64,000 bases of DNA from Dudresnaya verticillata. Lineage: Eukaryota. Made by a program: the position numbers and the translations under genes. Within the stretch, counting starts at the first letter, position 1. Each line of letters starts with the position of its first letter. Under the pieces are notes generated by a model, which searched no databases, was not told where the DNA came from, and saw only the letters and a program-made list of their open reading frames with translations. The stretch is taken from contig OZ374557.1 in the NCBI GenBank assembly GCA_977862235.1, positions 1,550,001-1,614,000 on the forward strand. Direction: 5' to 3'. This document shows, piece by piece, positions 62,233 to 64,000 of this stretch.

Positions 62233-63400
62233 TGATAAGCAAAGACGTGGAGTCTCGGGAGTATATAGCTATAAACGCTCTTAGACAGAGGCTTACGACT
62301 CAGTTAAGTCCTTGGAAATGAGATGAGGAGAGATGAATGGAGACTCAAGAAATGGATAGATGACATGGATAGATGTGGATAGATGTATAGAAGGTTCAAG
62401 ACCTGGAAGAGATGAGATCAAGGGAAATCTGGACGCGGGTAGAACCTTGTAACAGTAAGACTTGAACCGACGCTCACATGTATAGAAAATAATACTACCC
62501 CCGGTAGGAAGAAAGCCTTATACCTATATGGCAATTCCGTCATGGGGGTAGGCTCCAGCCACTTATGGGATCGAAACCCAGACGTGAGGGTTCGCCCTCA
62601 TATTGGACATATGCACCACTATATTAATCGTGATGGGAGTCCATAAAACTACCCTCATCTACCCTATCAGAGTTTTATAACTTAGTCGCTATTACAAGGC
62701 CGTCGTGAGGCTCGCTACTATGAAGAAGTGGCTCCACCATAACGGTGACCTGCCGGTAGCACAAGTGGCACACAAAACCTCGTGGACGACGACTAGGGGA
62801 TATTAACGACCCCTTCCGAAGGAAAGGACGGTGTATAACCCCAAACGCCATAGAGGCGGAATGAGCGCGAATCAGCTATGGCTGAAAAGCCCCCGCATCG
62901 GTTGACGCCAAAAAGCGCGCAACTCTACAGTGCAGTTTTTGTCTACTGTAGAGTCGCCTCTATCATTGCTGGCATTAATTGATTTGGCCAAGCGCCAAGG
63001 GAGGCGGATTGACTAACCAATCACAATCGTTTGGCACCACAAGCCACGGGGCACTGCCCCAACATCCCCGGCTCTCGCCACCAACTCCCCTGAGGAGTAT
63101 GACGCGCAAGTGCGCACAGCCCCTTCTCAGATTATGAAGGGCATTGACAAGAAAAAGGGTGACGGACCTGACTTAAAGGCAGTCACTCGAGGAAAGTCGA
63201 TGGGGGCTCCCTCGGAGCCTAGTCGCTGGTGCATGTTAGTGAGGACAACCTCAGTCGTTGGCTCTACTATTGGAAATCGACTGTACCGAAGTGACACATT
63301 CAACAACAAGTCACTTTACTTCAGCGGATAAGCCGCTCTTGCCCAAGTGTGGCGAATTACGTTGGCTAACGAGCCATTACTCGAAGAAGGACAACTTCGA

Positions 63401-64000
63401 CTAATCCGGTAACAGGTCAATAACCTCATCCTCACCCAACAGAGGATTCAGCTGGGGTGCCGAGTGAGATACGGCGACACGTCGCACCTCGCGCACGACA
63501 TTACGACTTCCCCCTCCGCGACGCAGACCACGACCACGCAGACTCCCCTCTAGTTCGCTTAACGCATGGCGACCGGCCGTTGGCTGGTCCACTTTCATGG
63601 CATCAACGCCATCAGTCTGGCTACCCTGTACAAGTGGGGCCACTTCGTCTTCTTCCTTAAAGACGAGCTCAGTATTCACGACGACGGCGTCTTGCCGGGC
63701 TACGTTAGATTCTCCAGCAATGGGCGAAGGCCCAGTCGCGATAGTCGCAGGCTTCACGCTCTCTTGGCCGGTGCCACTTGGTTTAACAACCAGGGAGCCG
63801 CCCTTGGGACCGCTAGTCTCGGGCTGACCCCGAGAATCATCTCGGGGAGAGATCTTGTTGACTAACTCGCCAGTGGCGATGAAGCCAGACATCTGCGTCG
63901 TAGGAGCAGCCGGCGCTATCGTCGATGAGGAGGCGCCCGCTGTCTTGATCGGCTTGGGAGCCGAATGGGATATGGTCGCTCCATGACTGGCAGAAGGTTC
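63401..64000 (-). CDS. Partial antisense extra ORF in the 3' region of element F (low complexity, unknown function)
   Basis: Frame appears open from the window edge to 63401. S/T/P/A/G-rich like the N-terminal half of the antisense ORF of B. A degenerate continuation is possible to ~62690. Confidence 0.55.
   Translation of the reverse strand, partial: EPSASHGATISHSAPKPIKTAGASSSTIAPAAPTTQMSGFIATGELVNKISPRDDSRGQPETSGPKGGSLVVKPSGTGQESVKPATIATGPSPIAGESNVARQDAVVVNTELVFKEEDEVAPLVQGSQTDGVDAMKVDQPTAGRHALSELEGSLRGRGLRRGGGSRNVVREVRRVAVSHSAPQLNPLLGEDEVIDLLPD

Larger units (their letters stand above)
54207..64000 (+). mobile_element. Ty3/Gypsy chromodomain element F, running off the window edge
   Basis: 5' LTR ~54207-54829 (start inferred from loss of host-LTR homology), PBS 54831-54848, gag, pol, chromodomain and a long 3' region. 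Confidence 0.9.

Noticed and set aside
1..64000. CRISPR array, rRNA or prokaryotic operon
   Set aside because: No regularly spaced repeat-spacer array or rRNA-like sequence. Most of the small ORFs listed are alternate-frame shadows of GC-rich retroelement genes.

Overview
This window is a eukaryotic transposon cluster with no confidently identifiable host gene. The element types suggest a red-alga-like host, but that is inference only. From left to right it holds: (1) a tyrosine-recombinase (DIRS/PAT-group) retrotransposon, 1341-5595, bounded by simple ~194-bp direct repeats; (2) a solo Gypsy LTR, 6985-7820; (3) a young Copia element, 7931-13229, with a half-tRNA-iMet PBS; (4) chromodomain Gypsy A, 13315-36498 (-), whose polypurine tract is interrupted by (5) chromodomain Gypsy B, 14005-27203 (-), which carries a ~1100-codon antisense ORF; (6) 3'-truncated Gypsy C, 36582-~43636 (+), with a solo LTR inside its LTR; (7) the 3' end of a C-family element (D) fused to the pol of unrelated Gypsy E, 43754-53258 (-); (8) stacked LTR fragments and Gypsy F, from ~54207 off the right edge (+), also with an antisense ORF. 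Almost all ORFs are disrupted. The most interesting signals are family-specific short motifs dispersed through each Gypsy (TGGCCA in B, CCGNTACGG in A/C/D, GTCGAC in E) alongside extra ORFs, a positionally conserved LTR box complementary to the D-arm/anticodon arm of the inferred tRNA-Tyr primer, a central PPT copy, a degenerate dUTPase-like domain between protease and RT, and the unsplit repeats of the YR element. All counts were made by eye.
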